A stretch of 64,000 nt of DNA from Roseibacillus sp. (GCA_965242925.1 CBDEUM010000037.1:65148-129147); one strand, 5' to 3'; positions 1-10,272 are shown, counted from the stretch's first letter. A program made the numbers and translations. Notes: generated from the letters alone by a model not told the origin.

Positions 1-2
1 AC

Positions 3-602
3 AGGATCAACGAGTTCGATGCCATTCTCTTCCTCAATACCACCGGGGATCCCTTCTTCGAGAAGGGCAAGCCCGATGCCCAGGCGCGCTCGGAGCGCCT
101 GCAGAAGAACCTGCAGGATTTTGTGAAGAGCGGGAAAGGCTTCGCGGGCTTCCACTCCGCCACCGACACCCTCAAGCCCAGGGGAGACAGCATTCCGGAA
201 TACTCCAAGATGATCAACGGTGCTTTCGACGGCCACCCGTGGGGCGGCGGCAGTAATGTGACCATTGCGGTGGAGAAGGGTCAGGAAAAGCACCCGATCG
301 TGGCCCACCTGAAGGGCGGGAGCATGAGCTTCAAGGAGGAAATCTACCAGCTGCGTGATCCCTACGATTCCAGCAAGGTGCAGATGCTCCTGCGCCTCGA
401 TCTGGAGAAGAGCGATAAGAAGGGCCTCAAGCGTACGGACCGTGATTACGGGGTGGGCTGGGTGCGCAAGTGGGGTGAGGGCCGCGTCTTTTACTGCTCA
501 CTCGGTCACAACGATGCCATGTACTGGCACCCGGATGTGCTCAAGATCTACCTGGGCGGCCTGCAGTATGCCCTGGGGGACTTTGATGTGCCGTCGAAAT
601 AG
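3..602 (+). CDS. ThuA-like (class I glutamine amidotransferase-like) domain protein, 5'-truncated by the window edge
   Basis: Frame is open from nt 3 (RINEFDAILFLNTTGD...) into the 123..602 ORF; motifs GKGFAGFHSATD, GAFDGHPW, EEIY, GRVFYCSLGH are typical of ThuA proteins. Confidence 0.85.
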   Translation, partial: RINEFDAILFLNTTGDPFFEKGKPDAQARSERLQKNLQDFVKSGKGFAGFHSATDTLKPRGDSIPEYSKMINGAFDGHPWGGGSNVTIAVEKGQEKHPIVAHLKGGSMSFKEEIYQLRDPYDSSKVQMLLRLDLEKSDKKGLKRTDRDYGVGWVRKWGEGRVFYCSLGHNDAMYWHPDVLKIYLGGLQYALGDFDVPSK

Positions 603-647
603 GTGTCGAGTGGAGTTCCAATACATCTGGATTTCATACCTCAAGTC

Positions 648-678
648 GCCCGTGGCTCCGGTCACGGGCTCTTTTTTT
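648..678 (+). terminator. Rho-independent terminator after ThuA gene
   Basis: GCCCGTGGC-TCCG-GTCACGGGC stem-loop followed by TCTTTTTTT. Confidence 0.85.
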
Positions 679-992
679 GGCGAGAGGAGCCAGTTCTGAT
701 CGTCATGAGGGACGGCACGGGTTGCATCGGGTCGGTCCCCGATTTGCTGGCAGCTTGAGACGCGATCCGGGAGGAGAGAGGTGAAGGTTGGCTTGAGTAG
801 ATCCTGTTTCCGGTGAACGAACGAACTCATGTGCCCAGTCCCCCTCCTTCCCGTAGAGGCCTGGGTCCATGCCCGGGGGGCTTCCCAGGGCCTGAGACTT
901 CTTGGGGGCGTGAGAAGCCAATTGGGTTACCTGCAATCAGGGCGGCGGCAACACACCATTTCGTTCTGCCTGAACCAATTGAATTCGGACGC

Positions 993-1033
993 TTGTGAAA
1001 AATTTCACAAAGCCCTTGTGAAAAATTTCACAA
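993..1033. promoter_or_regulatory. Two identical 18-bp palindromic operators (Rex-type consensus; also contain the CRP core)
   Basis: TTGTGAAAAATTTCACAA at 993-1010 and 1016-1033; full match to TTGTGAA-N4-TTCACAA. Confidence 0.8.
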
Positions 1034-1044
1034 ATTGTTACGGT
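1016..1044 (+). promoter_or_regulatory. Putative sigma70 promoter of the respiratory cluster
   Basis: -35 TTGTGA (1016-1021), 17-bp spacer, extended -10 TG-n-TACGGT (1036-1044), about 33 nt upstream of the actA ATG. Confidence 0.5.
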
Positions 1045-1075
1045 TCCCCAAGGAAAGCCCTCCCCAAGGAAAGCC
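1045..1075 (+). repeat. 15-bp direct repeat in the actA leader
   Basis: TCCCCAAGGAAAGCC at 1045-1059 and 1061-1075; the second copy holds the likely Shine-Dalgarno AAGGA. Confidence 0.8.
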
Positions 1076-1076
1076 A

Positions 1077-1793
1077 ATGGCCAATTTCTTCCCGCGTTGG
1101 ACGAACATTTTGCCGCTTAAGATAGCGGTTTGCCTTGGAGTTGCCGGGGCCGGAGTGGTGGTGGGATTTACCTACTACGCCACCCCGAAGGCACAGCGGG
1201 TTGGTTACATGCCGGCCCAACCCATTCCCTACGATCACTCATTGCACGTGAATCAGTTGGGGATGGACTGCCGCTACTGCCACAGCTTCGTGGAGCATTC
1301 GAGCCATGCCAACGTTCCATCCGCCAATACCTGCTGGAATTGCCACCAGCATATTCGCAAGGACAGCGAGAAGCTCAGGCCTCTGCGCCGGGCCTTCGAC
1401 AAGGACTACGCGGAGTACGATGGTGAGCCCATCAAGTGGGTAAGGGTGCACAAGAATCCTGACTACGTCTTCTTTAACCACTCGGCTCACGTGAACCGTG
1501 GGGTGTCCTGCAAGTCCTGTCACGGGAAGGTGAACGAGATGGAGGTTGTCTACCAGGCCGAGCCGCACTCGATGGGATGGTGTCTCGACTGCCACCGCAA
1601 CCCGGAGAACCACCTTCGTCCGCTGGAAGAGGTCTTCAACCTCGACTACGACGCGGAGGAATGGCTGGCCGAAAACAAACTTCTGCATCCCGAGTCCGGC
1701 AAGGAGCTCAAGACTCAGAAGGACCTCGGCCTCTACCTCAAGGAGCACTGGAACATCAAGGCCAAGGAGAGCTGTTCGACTTGTCATCGTTAG
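1077..1793 (+). CDS. actA: Alternative complex III pentaheme cytochrome c subunit ActA
   Basis: N-terminal TM helix, QPIPYDHSLH, five CxxCH (CRYCH, CWNCH, CKSCH, CLDCH, CSTCH); start moved to ATG 1077 after the SD. Confidence 0.93.
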   Translation: MANFFPRWTNILPLKIAVCLGVAGAGVVVGFTYYATPKAQRVGYMPAQPIPYDHSLHVNQLGMDCRYCHSFVEHSSHANVPSANTCWNCHQHIRKDSEKLRPLRRAFDKDYAEYDGEPIKWVRVHKNPDYVFFNHSAHVNRGVSCKSCHGKVNEMEVVYQAEPHSMGWCLDCHRNPENHLRPLEEVFNLDYDAEEWLAENKLLHPESGKELKTQKDLGLYLKEHWNIKAKESCSTCHR

Positions 1794-1796
1794 ACC

Positions 1797-4700
1797 ATGA
1801 GTAAACGGACCTGGCATCATCCGGAGATTCCCGCAGACGACGCGGGCATCGTGTCGTGGCGCAGTGTGGGTGAACTCGAGCGCAGTTCGGCCTTCCAAGC
1901 GCACCTGGAGCGTGAATTCCCGGAGGGCTCCGGCTACCTGAGCGAGGAAGACCGGCAGGCCACGCGGCGCAGCTTCCTCAAGCTCATGGGTGCGTCCTCG
2001 GCCCTGGGTGGGTTGACGCTGGTGTCGTGTCGACGGCCGGAATCCTATATCGTGCCCTACAAGAAGGCGCCGGAGTGGGTCATACCCGGAAAGCCACTCT
2101 ACTATGCTTCCAGCCGTCCCCGGGCGGAGGGTTCCGTGCCCCTGGTAGTGACCACCTTTGAGGGTCGACCCACCAAGCTGGCGCCCAATGGCGACCACAA
2201 CGATGGGTGCGGCGCTGACGCCCTGACCCAGGCATCCGTTCTCAACCTTTACGATCCCAAGCGCTCCCGTGACTTTCTGAAGGGTGGGAAGAAGGCTTCG
2301 CAGAAGGAATTTGAGGGCGTGTTTGCCTCCGTCGCGAGGGAGGGAGGCAAGCTTGCCGTCCTGGTGGGTGAAGACGACTGTCCGACCCGCAATCGCCTGA
2401 AGGGTGAGGTTGAGGCAGCATTTCCGGGTTCAAAGTTCTACAGCTACGAGGCCCTGCGGGGCGAGGCGCGCCGCAGGGTGCACGCCGAGGTGTTCGGAGA
2501 CGGAACGGAGACCGTGGTCGACTTCTCGAAGGCGGATCGCATCCTTTCGCTGGACTGCGACTTCCTCGGGATCGATCCGATGGGGAAGGCATCGGAGTTT
2601 TCCAGGAAACGGCAGGGAGGGGGAGAAGATTACCGGCAGGGTATCGATGCGGAGGCCATGAACCGGCTCTACGCGGTGGAGACGGCCTACAGCCTGACCG
2701 GCGGGATGGCCGATCATCGCCTGCGGGCCAGGCCGAGTCAGGTTGCGAGGATTGCGGCACAGCTTGCAGCGGAGCTTGGGGTAGCGGTGGATGGTTACGA
2801 GGCGGGCAGGATGTCTGCCGAAGAGAAGGCAGGCCTGTTAGGAGACGCGAAGACCTTTGACGAGTGGATCAGGGGTTGCGTGGATGATCTCAGGGCGAGT
2901 GAGGGCAAGGCCGTGGTTCTGGCCGGAAGTCGTCACGGCGAGGAACTGCAGCGCATTGTCATCGCCATCAACAAAAAGATCGGGGCCTATGGGGGTCCGC
3001 TGGTGGTTTACCAAACGGGACGGGAGGGCTACGGCACGATTGAGGAGTTTGAAAAGGACATCGATTCCGACACCACCATCCTTCTCCTGGGATCAGCCAA
3101 CCCGGTCTATGATCGTCCGGGTGGAAGATTCGCCGATCTGCTTAATCGGGCCAAACTGAGCATCCATCTGGGCTTGCGCACGGATGCCACCGCATTGGCC
3201 AGCGACTGGCATATTCCGGCCGCGCACTATCTTGAGACTTGGGGGGACACCCGCACCGCGAGCGGAATCTACTCGCTGGTGCAACCGATGATCCTGCCGC
3301 TCTACGGAGGACACTCGGAGCTCGAGATTCTCTCGCAGCTCCTTTCCTGGAAGGCGTTTGACTGGGCCAAGGTCGAGAGTGAGGACCCGGAGAAAAGGAT
3401 CGCAGCTCCTGCGCTTATCGCGGGGGAGGGGTCGGGAGGGGAGCCCTCGCCGGCCCTGGCCGAAGTGCGCAGGACCTTCGCCCTGCCCGGGAATGCCAAT
3501 GACGAGGGAGAGGTCGAATGGAAGGAGGCGCTCAGGGACGGCTACCTTCGCAGTAGTTCCTACCAGAGCATCGATGCCGAGAAGGCAGAGGACGCCGCGC
3601 CTGTGCTCAGTGCAGTCAAGTCGGACGGGATCGAGATCAATTTCCTCGCCGATGCTTCAGTGTGGGACGGTCGCTATATCGACAACGGCTGGCTACAGGA
3701 GGCCCCGGATCCCATTTCAAAACTTTCCTGGGATAACGCGGCGCTCGTTTCGCCCAAGACAGCCAAGGCTCTCGGGGTTTACGATGCGGTCCAGGAACTG
3801 GAGCCTGAAAGCGAAATCCCGCTCCTGGGCAAGGTCAAGAATGCACCCAAACCGCTCATTGATGAGGGAAAGAATGCGCGGGCGCCCATGGCGCTTATCA
3901 AGACCGTGGCGGGACGGATGGAAATTCCGGTCCTGGTGGCTTTCGGTCATGCTGACGACTGCATCTCGATTGCGCTTGGCTATGGACAGGGAGCTTCCGA
4001 TAAGCGTGACGGGGTGGACGTGGCCAGCGAGGATGATCCATACGCCCCCGTTGGGCTCGTGGGGATTAACACCGGGTTCAATGCCAACCAGTTGCGCGGG
4101 AATGCTTCTTTCAGTGCGGTGGCCATGGAGGTCACGAAGGTGAAGGAACGGTATCACGTCGCCCTGGTGCAGGAGCATAACGCCATGAATGGCCGGGCAT
4201 TGGCCCGCGAGGTTTCCACGAAGGATGTCGCACATCACGGACACAAGCTCTCCTTTGAAAAGCAGGTTTCCAAGGTGCGTGTGCAGGGGCCCGTTGATTC
4301 ACACGCTCCCGAAAATATTTCACTCTATAAACGTCGTGGATCGACGACCTGGGAGAGTGACAGTGACAAGCAGGAGGATCTCATCAGTGACAAGATCCAC
4401 CAGTGGGGCATGTCGATCGACCTCAACACGTGTATCGGGTGCAACGCGTGTCTGATCGCCTGTCAGGCGGAGAACAACATTCCGATCGTGGGCAAGGAAC
4501 AGGTTGCGATGGGGCGCGAGATGCACTGGATCCGCATGGACCGCTACTTTGCAGCTCCCATGGCTGAAACGGACGAAAAGACCCACAAGAAAGTGTCCAC
4601 CCCCGAATGGATACAGGAAAACCCTGAGATGATTCCCCAGCCGGTTGCCTGCATGCAGTGCGAAAACGCGCCCTGCGAGACCGTCTGCCCCGTCAATGCC

Positions 4701-5357
4701 ACCGTGCACACCGAGGAAGGCCTCAATGCAATGGCCTACAACCGTTGTATCGGCACCCGCTATTGCGCCAACAACTGCCCCTACAAGGCGCGGCGCTTTA
4801 ACTATTTCGACTATAATAAACGCAACCCACTCATCGACCACAACCTCTACAAGGGGCCCTTCGGCGAGACGCAGGTGGGCAAGGCTCCTCATCTCCAGCG
4901 GAATCCCAACGTCTCGGTCCGTATGCGCGGGGTGATGGAAAAGTGCACCTACTGCGTGCAGCGCTTGGAAAGTGCCAAGATCAAGCAGAAGCAGATCGGG
5001 CGTCACAAGACGCTGCGGGCGGGAACCGAGTCCACCGCGGTATCGATCAGTGCGGAGGACCTGCGGATCAAGGCGGACTCAGTCAAGGTGGCGTGCCAGG
5101 AGGCGTGCGAAGCCAACGCCATCAGCTTCGGCAACCTCCTCGACAAGGAGGACGCGCAAGTCTGGCGTTCCAAGTACAAGGGAGAGAAAAAGAACAAGGA
5201 CGGGATAATTGAAGTCATCCACAACCCGCGCAACTACGATGTCCTGCAGTATATCGGGACTGCTCCGCGCACCAGCTATCTCGCCCGCGTGAAGAACCCC
5301 AACCCGGCCATGCCCGATGCCGCCTACCGCGGCCTGGCCACGATCCACACTGCCTGA
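1797..5357 (+). CDS. actB: Alternative complex III subunit ActB (molybdopterin oxidoreductase-like domain fused to Fe-S domain)
   Basis: Twin-arginine motif TRRSFLKLMG then lipobox-like LVSC; Fe-S motifs CIGCNACLIAC, CMQCENAPCETVCP, CIGTRYCANNCPY, EKCTYC. Confidence 0.93.
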   Translation: MSKRTWHHPEIPADDAGIVSWRSVGELERSSAFQAHLEREFPEGSGYLSEEDRQATRRSFLKLMGASSALGGLTLVSCRRPESYIVPYKKAPEWVIPGKPLYYASSRPRAEGSVPLVVTTFEGRPTKLAPNGDHNDGCGADALTQASVLNLYDPKRSRDFLKGGKKASQKEFEGVFASVAREGGKLAVLVGEDDCPTRNRLKGEVEAAFPGSKFYSYEALRGEARRRVHAEVFGDGTETVVDFSKADRILSLDCDFLGIDPMGKASEFSRKRQGGGEDYRQGIDAEAMNRLYAVETAYSLTGGMADHRLRARPSQVARIAAQLAAELGVAVDGYEAGRMSAEEKAGLLGDAKTFDEWIRGCVDDLRASEGKAVVLAGSRHGEELQRIVIAINKKIGAYGGPLVVYQTGREGYGTIEEFEKDIDSDTTILLLGSANPVYDRPGGRFADLLNRAKLSIHLGLRTDATALASDWHIPAAHYLETWGDTRTASGIYSLVQPMILPLYGGHSELEILSQLLSWKAFDWAKVESEDPEKRIAAPALIAGEGSGGEPSPALAEVRRTFALPGNANDEGEVEWKEALRDGYLRSSSYQSIDAEKAEDAAPVLSAVKSDGIEINFLADASVWDGRYIDNGWLQEAPDPISKLSWDNAALVSPKTAKALGVYDAVQELEPESEIPLLGKVKNAPKPLIDEGKNARAPMALIKTVAGRMEIPVLVAFGHADDCISIALGYGQGASDKRDGVDVASEDDPYAPVGLVGINTGFNANQLRGNASFSAVAMEVTKVKERYHVALVQEHNAMNGRALAREVSTKDVAHHGHKLSFEKQVSKVRVQGPVDSHAPENISLYKRRGSTTWESDSDKQEDLISDKIHQWGMSIDLNTCIGCNACLIACQAENNIPIVGKEQVAMGREMHWIRMDRYFAAPMAETDEKTHKKVSTPEWIQENPEMIPQPVACMQCENAPCETVCPVNATVHTEEGLNAMAYNRCIGTRYCANNCPYKARRFNYFDYNKRNPLIDHNLYKGPFGETQVGKAPHLQRNPNVSVRMRGVMEKCTYCVQRLESAKIKQKQIGRHKTLRAGTESTAVSISAEDLRIKADSVKVACQEACEANAISFGNLLDKEDAQVWRSKYKGEKKNKDGIIEVIHNPRNYDVLQYIGTAPRTSYLARVKNPNPAMPDAAYRGLATIHTA

Positions 5358-5376
5358 ACGAGGGCTCTGAAAACTC

Positions 5377-6870
5377 ATGGCAGACACCGCTACCAAGACT
5401 ACGGGTGAGGCGCCCGCGCCCCGGGAGGTAAAACTTCCGGTGCTGGAGCGTGAGAAGCTCGTTCTCAACAAGCGCTCCTACCATTGGATCACGGAACGTG
5501 TGTGCGGTGTGGTCGAGAACAAGCAGCCCATGGTCTGGTGGGCACTCTTTATTCCCACCATCCTCATGGCCATCATCGGGGTGGGTGGCGGCCTGATCTA
5601 CCTGGTCACCACCGGGGTGGGGGTGTGGGGTAACACCAACCGGGTGATGTGGGGCTGGCCCATCGTGAACTTCGTGTTCTGGATTGGAATCGGCCATGCC
5701 GGAACACTCATTTCCGCCATTCTCTTCCTCACCCGGCAGAACTGGCGGACGTCCATCAACCGCGCGGCGGAAGCGATGACGATCTTTGCCGTGATTTGTG
5801 CCGGTATTTTTCCGGCCTTCCACGTGGGAAGGGTCTGGATGGCCTGGTACCTCGCGCCCATTCCCAACGCCAACGCGGTGTGGCAGAATTTCAAGTCCCC
5901 ACTCCTCTGGGATGTTTTCGCGGTCTCAACCTACTTCTCAATTTCGCTGGTGTTCTGGTTCCTCGGGATGGTGCCCGACCTGGCCACCATCCGGGACCGC
6001 TGTAAGCGGGGAGTGAAGAAGGCGCTCTACGGCATCTTCTCGCTGGGCTGGCGGGGCAGCAATCGCCACTGGAGCCACTATGAGATGGCCTACCTCATCC
6101 TGGCGGCTCTTTCTACCCCTCTCGTGCTTTCCGTGCACTCGGTGGTGAGTTTCGACTTTGCCACTTCGATAGTTCCCGGCTGGCATACCACTATCTTCCC
6201 GCCCTATTTCGTGGCGGGTGCCATTTTCGGCGGCTTCGCCATGGTGCTGACCATCATGATCCCGGCCCGGTTTTTCTATGGCTTGGATGACATGATCACC
6301 ATGAAGCACATCGACAACATGGCCAAGATCATCCTGCTGACGGGAACAATCGTTGGCTATGCCTACCTGATGGAGCTTTTCGTAGCCTTCTACTCGGGTG
6401 CCAAGTATGAGATGGCCGCTTTCACCTACCGCATTACCGGACCCTACTGGTGGGCTTACGTGGCCATGATGAGTTGCAACGTGCTATCTCCCCAACTCTT
6501 CTGGTTCAAGCGGTGTCGCGAAAACCTCTGGGTCGTGATGGGCGTCTGCATGGCAGTCAATGCCGGGATGTGGTTCGAGCGCTTTGTCATCATCGTCACG
6601 ACTCTGGCCCGCGACTTCATGCCCGCCAACTGGAAGTACTACAATCCGAGCTGGGTGGACATTGGTCTCTTTCTTGGCACAATTGGGCTGTTCACGTCGC
6701 TCTTCCTGCTCTTCCTGCGCTTCCTGCCGTGTATCAATATCGCGGAGGTCAAGTGGGCCAAGCAAGAGAGTGACGTTCACTTTGACGACAAGAAGGCGCA
6801 CCCGGATGAGGGCACGGTGGTGGAGGCCTCTTACCAACACGAACTTGATAACGGAACTGCCGAAGTCTGA
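5377..6870 (+). CDS. actC: Alternative complex III quinol-binding membrane subunit ActC (NrfD/PsrC family)
   Basis: [47 protein letters not shown]; polytopic; position in cluster. Confidence 0.93.
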   Translation: MADTATKTTGEAPAPREVKLPVLEREKLVLNKRSYHWITERVCGVVENKQPMVWWALFIPTILMAIIGVGGGLIYLVTTGVGVWGNTNRVMWGWPIVNFVFWIGIGHAGTLISAILFLTRQNWRTSINRAAEAMTIFAVICAGIFPAFHVGRVWMAWYLAPIPNANAVWQNFKSPLLWDVFAVSTYFSISLVFWFLGMVPDLATIRDRCKRGVKKALYGIFSLGWRGSNRHWSHYEMAYLILAALSTPLVLSVHSVVSFDFATSIVPGWHTTIFPPYFVAGAIFGGFAMVLTIMIPARFFYGLDDMITMKHIDNMAKIILLTGTIVGYAYLMELFVAFYSGAKYEMAAFTYRITGPYWWAYVAMMSCNVLSPQLFWFKRCRENLWVVMGVCMAVNAGMWFERFVIIVTTLARDFMPANWKYYNPSWVDIGLFLGTIGLFTSLFLLFLRFLPCINIAEVKWAKQESDVHFDDKKAHPDEGTVVEASYQHELDNGTAEV

Positions 6871-7427
6871 TGAGTACCTCCGTCAAACGTGTCTATTGCT
6901 ACCTGGCCGAGTTTGAAAGCGCTTCCGCGCTCTACAAGGCTGCCCAGAAGGTGCGTGATGCCGGCTTCAGCAAGTGGGACTGTTACACTCCCTACCCGAT
7001 GCACGGGCTCGATGCTGCCATGGGTCTGAAGCGTTCCATCCTGCCCTACTTTGTATTCTTCGGGGGGGTGATCGGCCTTCTCACCGCCTTCCTGCTGGCC
7101 TACGTCACGCAGGTGGGAATCTATCCCACGGTAGTGCAGGGTAAACCGGCCAACATCTTCACTGTGCCCGCTTTCTTCCCCATCATGTTTGAGCTCACCG
7201 TGCTTTTTTCCGGATTTACGGCGCTCTTTGCCTGTCTGGGTCTCTGCCAATTGCCGCGCTGGAATCACCCGCTCTTTGCGAGTCGGCAGGCGCACCGGAT
7301 AACTGATGACGGGTTCTTCATCGCTATCGAGGCTCGGGATCCCAAGTTTTCGAAGGAGGGAACGAAGGGGTTCCTTGGTGGGATCGGGGGCGACAACATC
7401 GAACTGGTCGAAGAGGATGGAAAGTAA
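6870..7427 (+). CDS. actD: Alternative complex III subunit ActD (DUF3341)
   Basis: YTPYPMHGLDAAMG, GKP, FELTVLF motifs; translationally coupled to actC. Confidence 0.9.
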   Translation: MSTSVKRVYCYLAEFESASALYKAAQKVRDAGFSKWDCYTPYPMHGLDAAMGLKRSILPYFVFFGGVIGLLTAFLLAYVTQVGIYPTVVQGKPANIFTVPAFFPIMFELTVLFSGFTALFACLGLCQLPRWNHPLFASRQAHRITDDGFFIAIEARDPKFSKEGTKGFLGGIGGDNIELVEEDGK

Positions 7428-7436
7428 GGTGATATC

Positions 7437-8135
7437 ATGAAGTACTTTTTCCTCGCCTTTATCGGACTGATTGTCCTTACGGTCGGAGTATTCGGCTTGC
7501 GTGGGGCCAAGACGACCAGAACCCCCATTGAAATTTTCCCCGACATGGACCGCATGGATTTCGTGAAGGGACAGAAGGGCAGTGATTTCTTCCATGATGG
7601 CATGGGCTCCCGCCTCCCGGTGACGGGGACGGTGCCGCACTCGAGCGATGACGGAATTTTTCCGGTCGAGTTTGGAGCAGGCCGTAATGGGCACTACTAT
7701 ACCGGGGCTATCAATGATTACTTCGCCGCTGGCCTGCCCCTTGAAGAACTCGGTCTCATCGGGGACGACGGAGCCTCCGAAATGCAGGCTCTCCTCCGTC
7801 GTGGGCAGGGTCGGTTCTCGATTTTCTGTGCGATTTGCCATGGAGATGCCGGAGATGGCACTGGACTGATCAGCAACTACATGGCGGCCAAAATCGCTAA
7901 CCTGCACGAACCACGTTTTGGCAGCGACCAGTATCCTGAGGGCAAACTTTATCACGTGATCACCCACGGTCAGGGCCTCATGAGCGGTTATGGCGCCAAC
8001 ATCCCGGTGCGTGATCGTTGGGCCATCGTAGCCTACGTGCGCGCCCTGCAGGACTCAAAGAAGGCCCCGGACGGTCCGGTGCCGGCCCCCGCCCCGGGGG
8101 AGAATGAAAACCCGCCAGGAGGCTCCGCTAACTGA
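7437..8135 (+). CDS. actE: Alternative complex III monoheme cytochrome c ActE
   Basis: FPDMD, RLPVTGTVP, CAICH, GQGLMSGY, DRWAIVAYVRALQ. Confidence 0.9.
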   Translation: MKYFFLAFIGLIVLTVGVFGLRGAKTTRTPIEIFPDMDRMDFVKGQKGSDFFHDGMGSRLPVTGTVPHSSDDGIFPVEFGAGRNGHYYTGAINDYFAAGLPLEELGLIGDDGASEMQALLRRGQGRFSIFCAICHGDAGDGTGLISNYMAAKIANLHEPRFGSDQYPEGKLYHVITHGQGLMSGYGANIPVRDRWAIVAYVRALQDSKKAPDGPVPAPAPGENENPPGGSAN

Positions 8136-8143
8136 TTTCCGGC

Positions 8144-9481
8144 ATGGCACATCATCTAGTCACATCGGCAGATATCCCCGTCGACGGCGAAAAGCTGGCA
8201 GTCGACAAGGTGAGCCGCATCAGGCTGATCTGCCTGATGGTGGCGATTGCCGGGGCGTTGGTGAGCGTGCCGGCCCTTCTTGGTGTCTTCGGCCGTGGGG
8301 TGCAGGGATCCTACAGCTTCTCGTGGCTCTACGGCTTCTTCTTCTTCACCACTCTGGCTCTGGGTGGCTGCTTCTGGACCCTCCTCCACAATATCACCAA
8401 CTCCGGGTGGGGTGTTTCGGTGCGCCGTGTGATGGAAAACGTGGGCTACGTCTTTCCCTGGATGTTGATCCCGGTTCTGCCGATTCTCCTATTGCCGCAG
8501 GTTCAGGAGTTTCTCTACGAGTGGATGGAGAAGCACCGGATGGCCAAGGACGTCGCCGGCTCAGTCAAGGAGGGCCTGCACCACGGCGAAACTGCCGACC
8601 ACCTTCTCTCCAGCAAGTACTGGTATCTAAACCTCAACTTCTGGTACTTCCGTGTCATCGCCTATTTTGCCGTCCTCGGGTTCGTTATCCACTTCCTGCG
8701 CAAGCTCTCGATTGACCAGGATAATGATCCCGAACCGGGAACGAGCCGTCTCCTGCGGGCGCGCTTTCATTCCTGTTGGGGCGTGCCTGTATTTGCCGTG
8801 GTGCTGACTTTCCTGGCCATTGATCTTGTCAAGGGGCTCGACTACAAGTGGTTTTCCACCATGTGGGGTGTCTACGTCTTTGCTGGCAGCGCCCTCAATG
8901 CGATGGCGGTGATCATCCTGGTCACTATCGCGCTGCGCGGGATGGGCTATTTCAGGAACGTGGTTGGTCCTGAGCATGACCACCTGATGGGGAAACTGGC
9001 TTTTGCCTTCACGGTTTTCTGGGCCTACATCTCCTTTGACCAGTATTTCCTCTACTGGTACGCCAACATTACCGAGGAGACCCGTTACTTCGTCCTGCGC
9101 AATACCGGGGGCTGGAACTATGTCAGTATCATCCTGGTGTTTGGACACTTTGCGGCACCCTTCCTTCTCCTCATCCGTCAGGATCTCAAGCGCAGGAACG
9201 GTTACATGATTGTGGTGGCGGGCTACCTGCTCTTCATGCACATGATCGATGTTTATCACATGATCATTCCTGAGCGTGGTCCTTCCGTGACCAAGATCCT
9301 TAATCCGGAGAATCCCGAGAAGTGGCAGCTCTGGCTCAATGGCTCCTTTATGGGGGACGTCATCGCCTTTGTCACAATCGGGTGCTTTTTCCTCTTCGTT
9401 CTCCTGCGTAATATCGGATCGGCCGCGCTTTACCCACACCGGGATCCGCGCATTCTTGAGTCAGCCAATGTGCACAACTGA
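8144..9481 (+). CDS. actF: Alternative complex III membrane subunit ActF
   Basis: GWGVSVRRVME, WFSTMWG, DHLMGKL, WYANITEET; ActC-paralogous polytopic protein. Confidence 0.88.
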   Translation: MAHHLVTSADIPVDGEKLAVDKVSRIRLICLMVAIAGALVSVPALLGVFGRGVQGSYSFSWLYGFFFFTTLALGGCFWTLLHNITNSGWGVSVRRVMENVGYVFPWMLIPVLPILLLPQVQEFLYEWMEKHRMAKDVAGSVKEGLHHGETADHLLSSKYWYLNLNFWYFRVIAYFAVLGFVIHFLRKLSIDQDNDPEPGTSRLLRARFHSCWGVPVFAVVLTFLAIDLVKGLDYKWFSTMWGVYVFAGSALNAMAVIILVTIALRGMGYFRNVVGPEHDHLMGKLAFAFTVFWAYISFDQYFLYWYANITEETRYFVLRNTGGWNYVSIILVFGHFAAPFLLLIRQDLKRRNGYMIVVAGYLLFMHMIDVYHMIIPERGPSVTKILNPENPEKWQLWLNGSFMGDVIAFVTIGCFFLFVLLRNIGSAALYPHRDPRILESANVHN

Positions 9482-10272
9482 TGGATCCGGCGAACGACAA
9501 TCCTCTAAAGCGGTTTTCCAACTTCTGGTTGGGTCTGGTTCTTTTTGCGGCCTTTGGTCTGGCCAGTCTTGTCCTCGGAATTGGATTCAAGAGACCAATT
9601 GAAAACAGTTTCGACAAGATCAACGAGGAACGCCGGGTCAAGATCAAGCGGGAGGCTGACAAGGCCCATGCCGGCACATTGGAAGCAGCGCAGGGAGGCT
9701 TCTCCAAGGTTGGTGCCCGGTTTCTTGAGACAGCGCCAGCGGCGGTGGAAAAACCCGAGTTTGTTTTGCCCGGTTCGGCTACTCAGAAAGCGAAGGCTGC
9801 AGGGGGTTTAGGGGTGGTTGTTCCGAAGGGTTTTCCAGTAGTGGCGGCCGATGCCGCGGTAGAGCAGGCCGTGATGGAAAAAGGGAAGTTGATCTATGTC
9901 GTGTGCTCAGCCTGCCACGGACCCGAGGGGGAGGGGATGTATCATATCAACAAGACCGGGCCTCCGTTGGCAGGATCCGAGTGGGTGACGGGTCCGGTAG
10001 CAAACCTCATAGCAATTCAGTTTCGTGGCATGAACGGGACAATCGAGGTAAAGGGTGAAAAGTATACCCCGGTGGCCCCGATGGCTCCGCTGCCCCTGGA
10101 TAACGAGTCGATCGCCTCCGTGTTGACCTATGTCCGGAACAGCTTCGGGAACAAGGCCTCTCCGGTAACGCCTGAGCAGGTTGAAGCGATGCGGGGGGAA
10201 TTGGGAAAACCAATGCTGAGTCCGGCGGACCTCATTCCCCCGGATGCAGGACCGGGGCCAAAGCCCAACTAA
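9481..10272 (+). CDS. Membrane-anchored class I monoheme cytochrome c
   Basis: N-terminal TM helix, CSACH, PPLAGSEWV, candidate axial Met in PMAP, LTYVRNSFGN. Confidence 0.85.
   Translation: MDPANDNPLKRFSNFWLGLVLFAAFGLASLVLGIGFKRPIENSFDKINEERRVKIKREADKAHAGTLEAAQGGFSKVGARFLETAPAAVEKPEFVLPGSATQKAKAAGGLGVVVPKGFPVVAADAAVEQAVMEKGKLIYVVCSACHGPEGEGMYHINKTGPPLAGSEWVTGPVANLIAIQFRGMNGTIEVKGEKYTPVAPMAPLPLDNESIASVLTYVRNSFGNKASPVTPEQVEAMRGELGKPMLSPADLIPPDAGPGPKPN

Noticed and set aside
679..990. Small gene or ncRNA in the long gap before the ACIII promoter
   Set aside because: The ORFs there look non-coding and no known RNA motif is recognisable; a covariance-model search would be needed to exclude one
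1797..5357. ActB as an active molybdoenzyme (nitrate, formate or polysulfide reductase)
   Set aside because: The actA-F context identifies it as ACIII, whose ActB is known not to carry a molybdenum cofactor
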